Shown: positions 32,358 to 47,300 of the stretch, piece by piece
Layout: the number at the start of each line of letters is the position of its first letter
Position numbering within the stretch: position 1 is the first letter of the stretch
DNA from: Leptogorgia sarmentosa
Taxonomy: Eukaryota
Direction: 5' to 3'
DNA length: 64,000 nucleotides
Assembly (NCBI GenBank): GCA_964658305.1
Contig: OZ210885.1
Coordinates: forward strand, 26,288,001 to 26,352,000
Made by a program: the position numbers and the translations under genes
The notes under the pieces: model-generated
Told to the model about the DNA's origin: nothing
What the model saw: only the letters and a program-made list of their open reading frames with translations
Databases searched by the model: none

Positions 32358-32392
32358 AAAAAAGGGGTCGAAAATTTCGTTTCAGTAGCACT
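32358..32392 (-). repeat. Right terminal inverted repeat
   Basis: Reverse complement reads AGTGCTACTGAAACGAAATTTTCGACCCCTTTTTT; immediately followed by TTAA and resumption of the satellite. Confidence 0.96.
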
Positions 32393-35300
32393 TTAACGAT
32401 CACGATTAACAATCATGATTATAATTAAGGATCATGATTAATATTAACGATCATGATTATGATTAACGATAATGATTATGTTTAACGATCATGATTAAGA
32501 TCAACGATCATGATCATGATTAACGAACATGATTATGTTTAATGATCGTGATTAACGATCATGATTATGATTAACGATCATGAATATGATTAACGATCAT
32601 GATTATGGTTAACGATCATGATTATGATTAACGATGATGATTGACGATCATGAATTTGATTAATTATCATGATTATGATTAGCGGTCATGATTATGATTA
32701 ACGAACATGATTATGAACAATGATCATGATTATGATTAACGATGATGATTGACGATCAGGAATTCCATTTACGATCATGATTATGATTAACGATCATGAC
32801 CATGATTAACGATCTTGATTATGATTAACGATGATGCTTGACGATCATGAATTTGATTAATTATCATGATTATGATTAGCGGTCATGATTATGATTGTCG
32901 ATCATGATTATGATTAACGATCATGAATATGATTAACGATCATGATTATGATTAACGATCATGATTGGCGATCATGATTATGATTAACGATCATGATGAT
33001 TATTGACGATCATGATTATGATTAACGATCATGAATATGATTAACGATCATGATTGACGATCATGATTATGATTAACGATCATGATTATGATTAGCGGTC
33101 ATGATTATGATTGACGATCATGATTATGATTAACGATCATGAATATGATTAAGGATCATGATTATGATTAACGGTCATGATTTTGATTAACGGTCATGAT
33201 TATGATTAACGATCATGATTATTATTAACGATGATGATTGACGATCATGAACTTGATTAATTATCATGATTATGATTAACGATCATGATTACGATTAACG
33301 ATCATGATTATGATTGACGATGATGATTGACTATCAGGAATTTGATTTACGACCATGATTATGATTAACGATCATGACCATGGTTAACGATCATGATTAT
33401 GAGTAACGATGATGATTGACGATCATGAATTTGATTAATTATCATGATTATGATTAGCGGTAATAATTATGATTGACGATCATGATTATGATAAACGATC
33501 ATGAATATGATTAACGATCATGATTATGATTAGCGGTCATGATCATGATTGTCGATCATGATTATGATTAACGATCATGAATATGATTAACGATCATGAT
33601 TGACGATCATGATTATGATTAACGATCATGAGATGATTGACGATCATGATTATGATTAACGATCATGAATATGATTAACGATCATGATTGACGATCATGA
33701 TTATGATTAACGATCATGATTATCATTAGCGGTCATGATTATGATTGTCGATCATGATTATGATTAACGATCATGAATATGATTAACGATCATGATTATG
33801 ATTAACGGTCATGATTGACGATCATGATTATGATTAACGATTATGATGATGATTGACGATCATGATTATGATTAACGATCATGAATATGATTAACGATCA
33901 TGATTATGATTATCGGTCATGATTTTGATTGACGACCATGATTATGATTAACGATCATGAATATGATTAACGATCATGATTATGATTAACGATCATGATT
34001 GACGATCATGATTATGATTAACGATCATGATTATGATTAACGGTCATGATTATGATTGACGATCATGATTATGATTAACGATCATGAATATGATTAACGA
34101 TCATGATTATGATTAACGATCATGATTACGATTAACGATCATGATTATGATTAACGAACATGATTATGATTAACGATGATGATTGACGATCATGAATTTG
34201 ATTAACGATCACGATTATGATTAACGATCATGAATATGATTAACGATCTGATTTCGATTAGCGGTCATGATTATGATTCAAGATCATGATTATTATTAAC
34301 GATCATGAATATGATTAACGATCATGATTATGATTAACGATCATGATTATGATTAACGATCATGATTATGATTAACGATCATGAATACGATTAAAGATGA
34401 TGATTATGATTAACGATCATGATTGACGATCATGATCATGATTAACGAACATGATTAACGATCATATTAACCATCATGATTATGATTAACGATCATGATT
34501 TTGATTAACGATCATGATTACGATTTATTATCATGATTAACGGTCATCATTATTATTAACGATCATGATCAACAATCATGATTATGATTACGATTATGAT
34601 TATGATTAACGATATCTAGTGACGATAATGATTATGACTACCATCATAATTAACGATCATCATTATGATTGGCGGTCATGATTATGATTAACGATCATGA
34701 TTATATTTGACTATAATGGTTATGATTAACGATCATGATTATGATTGATGACCATGATTATGATAAACGATCATGATTATGATTGAAGATTATGATCATG
34801 ATTAATGATCATGATTGTGATTAACGATCATGATTATGATTGACTATCATGATTATGATTAGCGGTCATGATTATGATTGACGATCATGATTATGATTAA
34901 CGATCATGATTATGATTGACGATCATGATTATGATTAACGATCATGAATATGATTAACGATCATGATTATGATTAACGATCATGATTACGATTAACGATC
35001 ATGATTATGATTAACGAACATGATTATGATTAACGATCATGAATATGATTAACGATCATGATTACGATTAGCATTCATGATTATGATTGACGATCATGAT
35101 TATTATTAACGATCATGAATATGATTAACGATCATGATTATGATTAACGATCATGATTATGATTAACGATCATGATTATGATTAAGGATTATGATAGATG
35201 ATCATGAATTTCAATAACAATGATGATTATGATTAACGATCATGAATACGATTAAAGATGATGATTATGATTAACGATCATGATTGACGATCATGATCAT

Positions 35301-38300
35301 GATTAACGAACATGATTAACGATCATATTAACGATCTTATTAACGATCATGATTATGATTAACGATCATGATATTGATTAACGATCATGATTATGATTAA
35401 TGATCATGATTAACGGTCATCATTATTAACGATCATGATCAACAATCATGATTATGATTACGATTATGATTATGATTAACGATATTTAGTGACGATAATG
35501 ATTATGATTAACCATCATAATTAAAGATCATCATTATGATTGGCGGTCATGATTATGATTAACGATCATGATTATATTTGACGATAATGGTTATGATTAA
35601 CGATCATGATTATGATTGATGACCATGATTATGATTAACGATCATGATTATGATTGAAGATTATGATCATGATTAATGATCATGATTGTGATTAACGTTC
35701 ATGATTATGATTGACTATCATGATTATGATTAGCGGTCATGATTATGATTGACGATCATGATTATTATTAACGATCATGAATATGATTAACGATCATGAT
35801 TTTGATTAGCGGTCATGATTATGATTAACGATCGTGATTATGATTAACGATCATGATTATGATTAACGATCAAGATTATGATTAACGATCATGAATATGA
35901 TTAACGATCATGATTATGATTAACGATCATGATTACGATTAACGATCATGATTATGATTGACGATGATGATTGACTATCAGGAATTCGATTTACGATCAT
36001 GATTATGATTAACGATCATGACCATCATTAACGATCATGATTATGATTATGATTAGCGGTCATGATTACGATTGACGATCATGATTATGATTAACGATCA
36101 CGATTAACAATCATGATTATAATTAAGGATCATGATTAATATTAACGATCATGATTATGATTAACCATCATGATTAACGATCATGATTAACGATCATGAT
36201 CATGATTAACGATCACGATTATGATTAACGTTCATGATTATGATTAACGTTCGGGACTATGATTAACTGTCATGATTATAATTGACGATCATGCTTATGA
36301 TAATCGATCATAATAAAGATTCACGATCATGATTATCACTACTGATTATGATTAACGATCATGATTATGATTGACGACCATGATTGACGATCATGATTAT
36401 GATTAACGAACATGATTATGATTAACGATCATGATTATGATTAACGAACATGATTATGATTAACCGCCATGATTATGATTAGCCATCATGATTATGACTA
36501 ACGATCATGATTATGATTAACGATCACGATTAACAATCATGATAATAATTAAGGATCGTGATTAATATTAACGATCATGATTATGATTAACGATAATGAT
36601 TATGTTTAACGATCATGATTAAGATCAACGATCATGATTGTCATTAACGAACATGATTATGTTTAATGATCGTGATTAACGATCATGATTATGATTAACG
36701 ATCATGATAATGATTAACGATCATGAATATGATTAACGATCATGATTATGATTAAGATTAACGATCATGATTACGATTAACGATCATGATTATGATTAAC
36801 GATGATGATTGACGATCAGGAATTCGATTTACGATCATGATTATTATTAGCGATCAGGACCATGATTAACGATCATGAATTTGATTAATTATCATGATTA
36901 TGAATAGCGGTCATGATTATGATTGACGATCATGATTATGATTAACGATCATGAATATGATTAACGATCATGATTATGATTAACGATGATGATTGACGAT
37001 CATGAATTTGATTAACGATCATGATTATAGTTAAAGATCATGATTGACGATCATGATTACGATTAACGAACATGATTATGATTAACGATCATGATTATGA
37101 TTAAAGATTATGATCATCATTAATGATCATGATTGTGATTAACGATCATGATTATGATTAACGATCATGATTACGATTAACGATCTTGATTATGATTAAC
37201 GATCATGATTGACGATCATGATTATGATTAACGAACATGATTATGATTAACCGCCATGATTATGATTAGCGATCATGATTATGACTAACGATCATGATTA
37301 TGATTAACGATCACGATTAACAATCATGATTATAATTAAAGATCATGATTAATATTAACGATCATGATTATGATTAACGATAATGATTATGTTTAACGAT
37401 CATGATTAAGATCAACAATCATGATTATGATTAACGAACATGATTATGTTTAATGATCGTGATTAACGATCATGATTATGATTAACGATCATGAATATGA
37501 TTAACGATCATGATTATGATTAACGATCATGATTATGAGTAACGATGATGTTTGACGATCATGAATTTGATTAATTATCATGATTATGATTAGCGGTAAT
37601 AATTATGATTGACGATCATGATTATGATTAGCGGTCATGATCATGATTGTCGATCATGATTATGATTAACGATCATGAATATGATTAACGATCATGATTG
37701 ACGATCATGATTATGATTAACGATCATGAGATGATTGACGATCATGATTATGATTAACGATCATGAATATGATTAACGATCATGATTGACGATCATGATT
37801 ATGATTAACGATCATGATTATCATTAGCGGTCATGATAATGATTGTCGATCATGATTATGATTAACGATCATGAATATGATTAACGATCATGATTATGAT
37901 TAACGGTCATGATTGACGATCATGATTATGATTAACGATTATGATGATGATTGACGATCATGATTATGATTAACGATCATGAATATGATTAACGATCATG
38001 ATTATGATTATCGTTCATGATTTTGATTGACGACCATGATTATGATTAACGATCATGAATATGATTAACGATCATGATTATGATTAACGATCATGATTGA
38101 CGATCATGATTATGATTAACGATCATGATTATGATTAACGGTCATGATTATGATTGACGATCATGATTATGATTAACGATCATGAATATGATTAACGATC
38201 ATGATTGACGATCATGATTATGATTAACGATCATGAGATGATTGACGATCATGATTATGATTAACGATCATGAATATGATTAACGATCATGATTGACGAT

Positions 38301-41300
38301 CATGATTATGATTAACGATCATGATTATCATTGGCGGTCATGATTATGATTGTCGATCATGATTATGACTAACGATCATGAATATGATTAACGGTCATGA
38401 TTATGATTAACGGTCATGATTGACGATCATGATTATGATTAACGATTATGATGATGATTGACGATCATGATTATGATTAACGATCATGAATATGATTAAC
38501 GATCATGATTATGATTATCGGTCATGATTTTGATTGACGACCATGATTATGATTAACGATCATGAATATGATTAACGATCATGATTATGATTAACGATCA
38601 TGATTGACGATCATGATTATGATTAACGATCATGATTATGATTAACGGTCATGATTATGATTGACGATCATGATTATGATTAACGATCATGAATATGATT
38701 AACGATCATGATTGTGATTAACGATCATGAATATGATTAACGATCATGATTACGATTAACGATCATGATTATGATTAGCGATGATGATTGACGATCAGGA
38801 ATTCGATTTACGATCATGATTATGATTAACGATCATGACCATGATTAACGATCATGATTATGATTAACGATGATGATTAACGTTCATGAATATGATTAAC
38901 GATCATGATTATGATTAGCGGTCATGATTATGATTGACGATCAAGATTATGATTAACTATCATGAATATGATTAACGATCATGATTATGATTAACGATCA
39001 TGATTGACGATCATGATTATGATTAACGAACATGATTATGATTAACTATCATGATTATGATTAACGAACATGATTATGATTAACCGCCATGATTATGATT
39101 AGCGATCATGATTATGACTAACGATCATGATTATGATTAACGATCACGATTTGCAATCATGATTATAATTAAGGATCATGATTAATATTAACGATCATGA
39201 TTATGATTAACGATAATGATTGTGTTTAACGATCATTTCTAAGATCAACGATCATGATTATGATTAACAATCATGATTGACGATCATGATTATGATTAAC
39301 GATCATTATTGACGATCATGATTATGATTGACTATCATGATTATGATTCGCGGTCATGATTATGATTGACGATCATGATTATGATTAACGATCACGAATA
39401 TGATTGAGGATCATGATTATGATTAGCGGTCATGATTATGATTAACGATCATGATTATGATTAACGATCATGATTATGATTAACGATCACGATTATGATT
39501 AACGATCATGATTATGATTAACGATCATGATTACGATTAACGATTATGATTATGATTGACGATCATTATTATGATTAACGATCCTGAATATGATTAACGA
39601 TCATGATTATGATTAACGATCATGATTATCTTTGACGATCATGGTTATCATTAACGATCATGATTATGATTAACGATCATGATTATTAATAACCATCATA
39701 ATTAACGATCATGATTAACGATCATGATCATGATTAACGATCACGATTATGATTAACGATCATGATTATGATTAACGTTCGTGATTATGATTTGCGGTCA
39801 TGATAATGATTAACGATCATGTTTATGATTAACGATCATGATTATGATTAACGATCACGATTATGATTAACGATCATGAATATGATTAACGATCATGATT
39901 ATGATTAACGATCATGATTACGATTAACGATGATGATTATGATTGACGATGATGATTGACTATCAGGAATTCGATTTACGATCATGATTATGAATAGCGG
40001 TCATGATTATGATTGACGATCATGATTATGATTAACGATCATGAAGATGATTAACGATCATGATTATGATTAACGATCATGATTATGATTAACGAACATG
40101 ATTATGATTAACCGCCATGATTATGATTAGCGATCATGATTATGACTAACGATCATGATTATGATTAACGATCACGATTAGCAATCATGATTATAATTAA
40201 GGATCATGATTAATATTAACGATCATGATTATGATTAACGATAATGATTGTGTTTAACGATCATGATTAAGATCAACGATCATGATTATGATTAACGAAC
40301 ATGATTATGTTTAATGATCGTGATTAACGATCATGATTATGATTAACGATCATGATTGTGAATAACGATCATGAATATGATTAACGATCATGATTATGAT
40401 TAACGATCATGATTACGATTAACGATCATGATTATGATTAACGATGATGATTGACGATCAGGAATTCGATTTACGATCATGATTATGATTAACGATGATG
40501 AATATGATTAACGATCATGATTATGATTGACGTTCATGAATATGATTAACGATCATGAATATGATTAACGATCATGATTATGATTAGCGGTCATGATTAT
40601 GATTGTCGATCATGATTATGATTAACGATCATGAATATGATTAACGATCAGGATTATGATTAACGATCATGATTGACGATCATGATTATGATTAACGATC
40701 ATGATTATGATTAACGGTCATGATTATGATTGACGATCATGATTATGATTAACGATCATGAATATGATTAACGATCATGATTGTGATTAACGATCATGAA
40801 TATGATTAACGATCATGATTACGATTAACGATCATGATTATGATTAGCGATGATGATTGACGATCAGGAATTCGATTTACGATCATGATTATGATTAACG
40901 ATCATGACCATGATTAACGATCATGATTATGATTAACGATGATGATTAACGTTCATGAATATGATTAACGATCATGATTATGATTAGCGGTCATGATTAT
41001 GATTGACGATCAAGATTATGATTAACTATCATGAATATGATTAACGATCATGATTATGATTAACGATCATGATTGACGATCATGATTATGATTAACGAAC
41101 ATGATTATGATTAACGATCATGATTATGATTAACGATCATGAATATGATTAACGATCATGATTATGATTAACGATCATGATTACGATTAACGATCATGAT
41201 TATGATTAACGATGATGATTGACGATCAGGAATTCGATTTATGATCATGATTATGATTAACGATGATGATTGACGATCATGAATTTGAGTAATTATTATA

Positions 41301-44300
41301 ATTATGATTAGCGGTCATGATTATGATTGACGATCATGATTATGATTAACGTTCATGAATATGATTAACGATCATGAATATGATTAACGATCATGATTAT
41401 GATTAGCGGTCATGATTATGATTGTCGATCATGATTATGATTAACGATCATGAATATGATTAACGATCATGATTATGATTAACAATCATGATTGACGATC
41501 ATGATTATGATTAACGATCATTATTGACGATCATGATTAATATTGACTATCATGATTATGATTAGCGGTCATGATTATGATTGACGATCATGATTATGAT
41601 TAACGATCACGAATATGATTGAGGATCATGATTATGATTAGCGGTCATGATTATGATTAACGATCATGAATATGATTAACGATCATGATTATGTTTAACG
41701 ATCACGATTATGATTAACGATCATGATTATGATTAACGATCATGATCACGATTAACGATTATGATTATGATTGACGATCATCATTATGATTAACGATCCT
41801 GAATATGATTAACGATCATGATTATGATTAACGATCATGATTATCTTTGACGATCATGGTTATCATTAACGATCATGATTATGATTAAACGATCATGATT
41901 ATTATTAACCATCATAATTAACGATCATGATTAACGATCATGATCATGATTAACGATCACGATTATGATTAACGTTCGTGATTATGATTAGCGGTCATGA
42001 TAATGATTAACGATCATGTTTATGATTAACGATCATGATTATGATTAACGATCATGATTATGATTAACGTTCGTGATTATGATTAGCGGTCATGATAATG
42101 ATTAACGATCATGTTTATGATTAACGATCATGATTATGATTAACGATCACGATTATGATTAACGATCATGAATATGATTAACGATCATGATTATGATTAA
42201 CGATCATGATTACGATTAACGATGATGATTATGATTGACGATGATGATTGACTATCAGGAATTCGATTTTCGATCATGATTATGATTAACTATCATGACA
42301 TTGATTAACGATCATGATTATGATTAGCGGTCATGATTATGATTGACGATCATGATTATGATTAACGATCATGAAGATGATTAACGATCATGATTATGAT
42401 TAACGATCATGATTATGATTAACGAACATGATTATGATTAACGATCATGATTATGATTAACGAACATGATTATGATTAACCGCCATGAGTATGATTAGCG
42501 ATCATGATTATGACTAACGATCATGATTATGATTAACGATCACGATTAGCAATCATGATTATAATTAAGGATCATGATTAATATTAACGATCATGATTAT
42601 GATTAACGATAATGATTGTGTTTAACGATCATGATTAAGATCAACGATCATGATTATGATTAACGATCATGATTACGATTAACGATTATGATTATGATTG
42701 ACGATCATGATTATGATTAACGATCCTGAATATGATTAACGATCATGATTATCATTAACGATCATGATTATCTTTGACGATCATGGTTATCATTAACGAT
42801 CATGATTATGATTAACGATCATGATTATTATTAACCATCATAATTAACGATCATGCTTATGATAAACGATCATAATAAAGACTCAAGATCATGATTATCA
42901 TTACTGATTATGATTAACGATCACGATTATGATTAACGATCATGATTAATATTAACGATCATGATTATGATTAACGATAATGATTGTGTTTAACGATCAT
43001 GATTAAGATCAACGATCATGATTATGATTAACGAACATGATTATGTTTAATGATCGTGATTAACGATCATGATTATGATTAACGATCATGATTATGATTA
43101 ACGATCATGAATATGATTAACGATCATGATTATGATTAACGATCATGATTACGATTAACGATCATGATTATGATTAACGATGATGATTGACGATCAGGAA
43201 TTCGATTTATGATCATGATTATGATTAACGATCATGACCATGATTAACGATCATGATTATGATTAACGATCATGATTGACGATCATGAATTTGATTAATT
43301 ATTATAATTATGATTAGCGGTCATGATTATGATTGACGATCATGATTATGATTAACGTTCATGAATATGATTAACGATCATGAATATGATTAACGATCAT
43401 GATTATGATTAGCGGTCATGATTATGATTGTCGATCATGATTATGATTAACGATCATGAATATGATTAACGGTCATGATTATGATTAACAATCATGATTG
43501 ACGATCATGATTATGATTAACGATCATTATTGACGATCATGATTATGATTGACTATCATGATTATGATTAGCGGTAATGATTATGATTGACGATCATGAT
43601 TATGATTAACGATCACGAATATGATTGAGGATCATGATTATGATTAGCGGTCATGATTATGATTAACGATCATGATTATGATTAACGATTATGATTATGT
43701 TTAACGATCACGATTATGATTAACGATCATGATTATGATTAACGATCATGATTACGATTAACGATTATGATTATGATTGACGATCATCATTATGATTAAC
43801 GATCCTGAATATGATTAACGATCATGATTATGATTAACGATCATGATTATCTTTGACGATCATGGTTATCATTAACGATCATGATTATGATTAACAATCA
43901 TGATTATTATTAACCATCATAATTAACGATCATGATTAACGATCATGATCATGATTAACGATCACGATTATGATTAACGTTCGTGATTATGATTAGCGGT
44001 CATGATAATGATTAACGATCATGTTTATGATTAACGATCATGATTATGATTAACGATCATGATTATGATTAACGTTCGTGATTATGATTAGCGGTCATGA
44101 TAATGATTAACGATCATGTTTATGATTAACGATCATGATTATGATTAACGATCACGATTATGATTAACGATCATGAATATGATTAACGATCATGATTATG
44201 ATTGACGATCATGATTATGATTAACGATCATGAAGATGATTAACGATCATGATTATGATTAACGATCATGACCATGATTAACGATCATGATTATGATCAA

Positions 44301-47300
44301 CGATCATGATTAACGATCATGAATTTGATTAACGATCATGATTATGATCAAAGATCATGATTAACGATCATATTAACGATCATGATTATGATTAACGATG
44401 ATGATTTTGATTAACGATCATGATTACGATTAAAGATTATGATTATGATTAATGATCATGATTATGGTTAACGATCATGATTAACGATCATGATTAAGAT
44501 TAACGAACATGATTATGATTAACGATCCTGAATATGATTAACGATCATGATTATGATTAACGATCATGATTATCATTGACGATCATGGTTATGATTAACG
44601 ATCATGATTTTCATTAACGATCATGATTATGATTAACCATCATGATTAACGATCATGATTAACGATCATGATCATGATTAACGATCACGATTATGATTAA
44701 CGATCATGATTACGATTAACGATCATGATTAACAAACATGATTATGATTAACGATCATGATTAACGATCATGATTATGATTGACGATCATTATTATGATT
44801 AACGAACGTGATTATGATTAACAATCATGATTAACGATCATATTAACGATCATAATTATTATTAATGATCATGATTTTGACTAACGATCATGATTATGAT
44901 TAAAGATCATGATTAACGATCATATTAACGATCATGATGATGATTGACGATCATGAATATGATTAACGATCATGAAGATGATTAACGATCATGATTATGA
45001 TTAACGATCATGACCATGATTAACGATCATGATTATGATTAGCGGTCATGATTATGATTGACGATCATGATTATGATTAACGATCATGAAGATGATTAAC
45101 GATCATGATTATGATTAACGATCATGATTATGATTAACGAACATGATTATGATTAACGATCATGATTATGATTAACGAACATGATTATGATTAACCGCCA
45201 TGATTATGATTAGCGATCATGATTATGACTAACGATCATGATTATGATTAACGATCACGATTAGCAATCATGATTATAATTAAGGATCATGATTAATATT
45301 AACGATCATGATTATGATTAACGATAATGATTGTGTTTAACGATCATGATTAAGATCAACGATCATGATTATGATTAACGAACATGATTATGTTTAATGA
45401 TCGTGATTAACGATCATGATTATGATTAACGATCATGATTGTGAATAACGATCATGAATATGATTAACGATCATGAATATGATTAACGATCATGATTACG
45501 ATTAACGATCATGATTATGATTAGCGATGATGATTGACGATCAGGAATTCGATTTACGATCATGATTATGATTAACGATCATGATCATGATTAACGATCA
45601 TGATTATGATTAACGATGATGATTGACGATCATGAATTTGATTAATTATCATAATTATGATTGGCGGTCATGATTATGATTGACGATCATGATTATGATT
45701 AACGTTCATGAATATGATTAACGATCATGATTATGATTAGCGGTCATGATTATGATTGACGATCAAGATTATGATTAACTATCATGAATATGATTAACGA
45801 TCATGATTATGATTAACGATCATGATTACGATTAACGATTATGATTATGATTGACGATCATCATTATGATTAACGATCCTGAATATGATTAACGATCATG
45901 ATTATGATTAACGATCATGATTATCTTTGACGATCATGGTTATCATTAACGATCATGATTATGATTAACAATCATGATTATTATTAACCATCATAATTGA
46001 CGATCATGATTAACGATCATGATCATGATTAACGATCACGATTATGATTAACGTTCGTGATTATGATTAGCGGTCATGATAATGATTAACGATCATGTTT
46101 ATGATTAACGATCATGATTATGATTAACGATCATGATTATGATTAACGTTCGTGATTATGATTAGCGGTCATGATAATGATTAACGATCATGTTTATGAT
46201 TAACGATCATGATTATGATTAACGATCACGATTATGATTAACGATCATGAATATGATTAACGATCATGATTATGATTGACGATCATGATTATGATTAACG
46301 ATCATGAAGATGATTAACGATCATGATTATGATTAACGATCATGACCATGATTAACGATCATGATTATGATTAACGATCATGATTATGATTAACGATCAT
46401 GATTATCATTGACGATCATGGTTATGATTAACGATCATGATTTTCATTAACGATCATGATTATGATTAACCATCATGATTAACGATCATGATTAACGATC
46501 ATGATCATGATTAACGATCACGATTATGATTAACGATCATGATTACGATTAACGATCATGATTAACAAACATGATTATGATTAACGATCATGATTAACGA
46601 TCATGATTATGATTGACGATCATTATTTTGATTAACGAACGTGATTATGATTAACAATCATGATTAACGATCATATTAACGATCATAATTATTATTAATG
46701 ATCATGATTTTGACTAACGATCATGATTATGATTAAATATCATGATTAACGATCATTTTAACGATCATGATGATGATTGACGATCATGATTATGATTAAC
46801 GATCATGAATATGATTAACGATCATGATTGACGATCATGATTATGATTAACGATCATGATTATGATTAGCGGTCACGATTATGATTGACGATCATGATTA
46901 TGATTAACGATCATTAATATGATTAACGATCATTAATATGATTAACGTTCATGATTATGATTAACTGTCATGATTATAATTAACGATCATGCTTATGATA
47001 AACGATCATAATAAAGACTCACGATCATGATTATCATTACTGATTATGGTTAACGATCATGATTATGATTAACGATCATGATTATGATTAACGTTCGTGA
47101 TTATGATTAACTGTCATGATTATAATTAACGATCATGCTTATGATAAACGATCATAATAAAGATTCACGATCATGATTATCACTACTGATTATGATTAAT
47201 GATCATGATTATGATTAACGATCATGATTATGATTAACGATCGTGATTATGATTAACGATCATCAATTCGATTAACGATCATGATTATGATCAAAGATCA

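Larger units (their letters stand above)
30338..32392. mobile_element. Non-autonomous (internally deleted) Kolobok-superfamily DNA transposon, 2,055 bp
   Basis: Flanked by TTAA at 30334-30337 and 32393-32396. Termini are 5'-AG...CT-3' (RR..YY as in Kolobok, unlike piggyBac CC..GG). TIRs are 35 bp. Contains THAP (minus) and KolX-like (plus) remnants in convergent orientation. Confidence 0.92.

Noticed and set aside
30334..32396. piggyBac assignment based on the TTAA duplication
   Set aside because: Termini are AG..CT rather than CC..GG, and THAP plus KolX-like content fits Kolobok.
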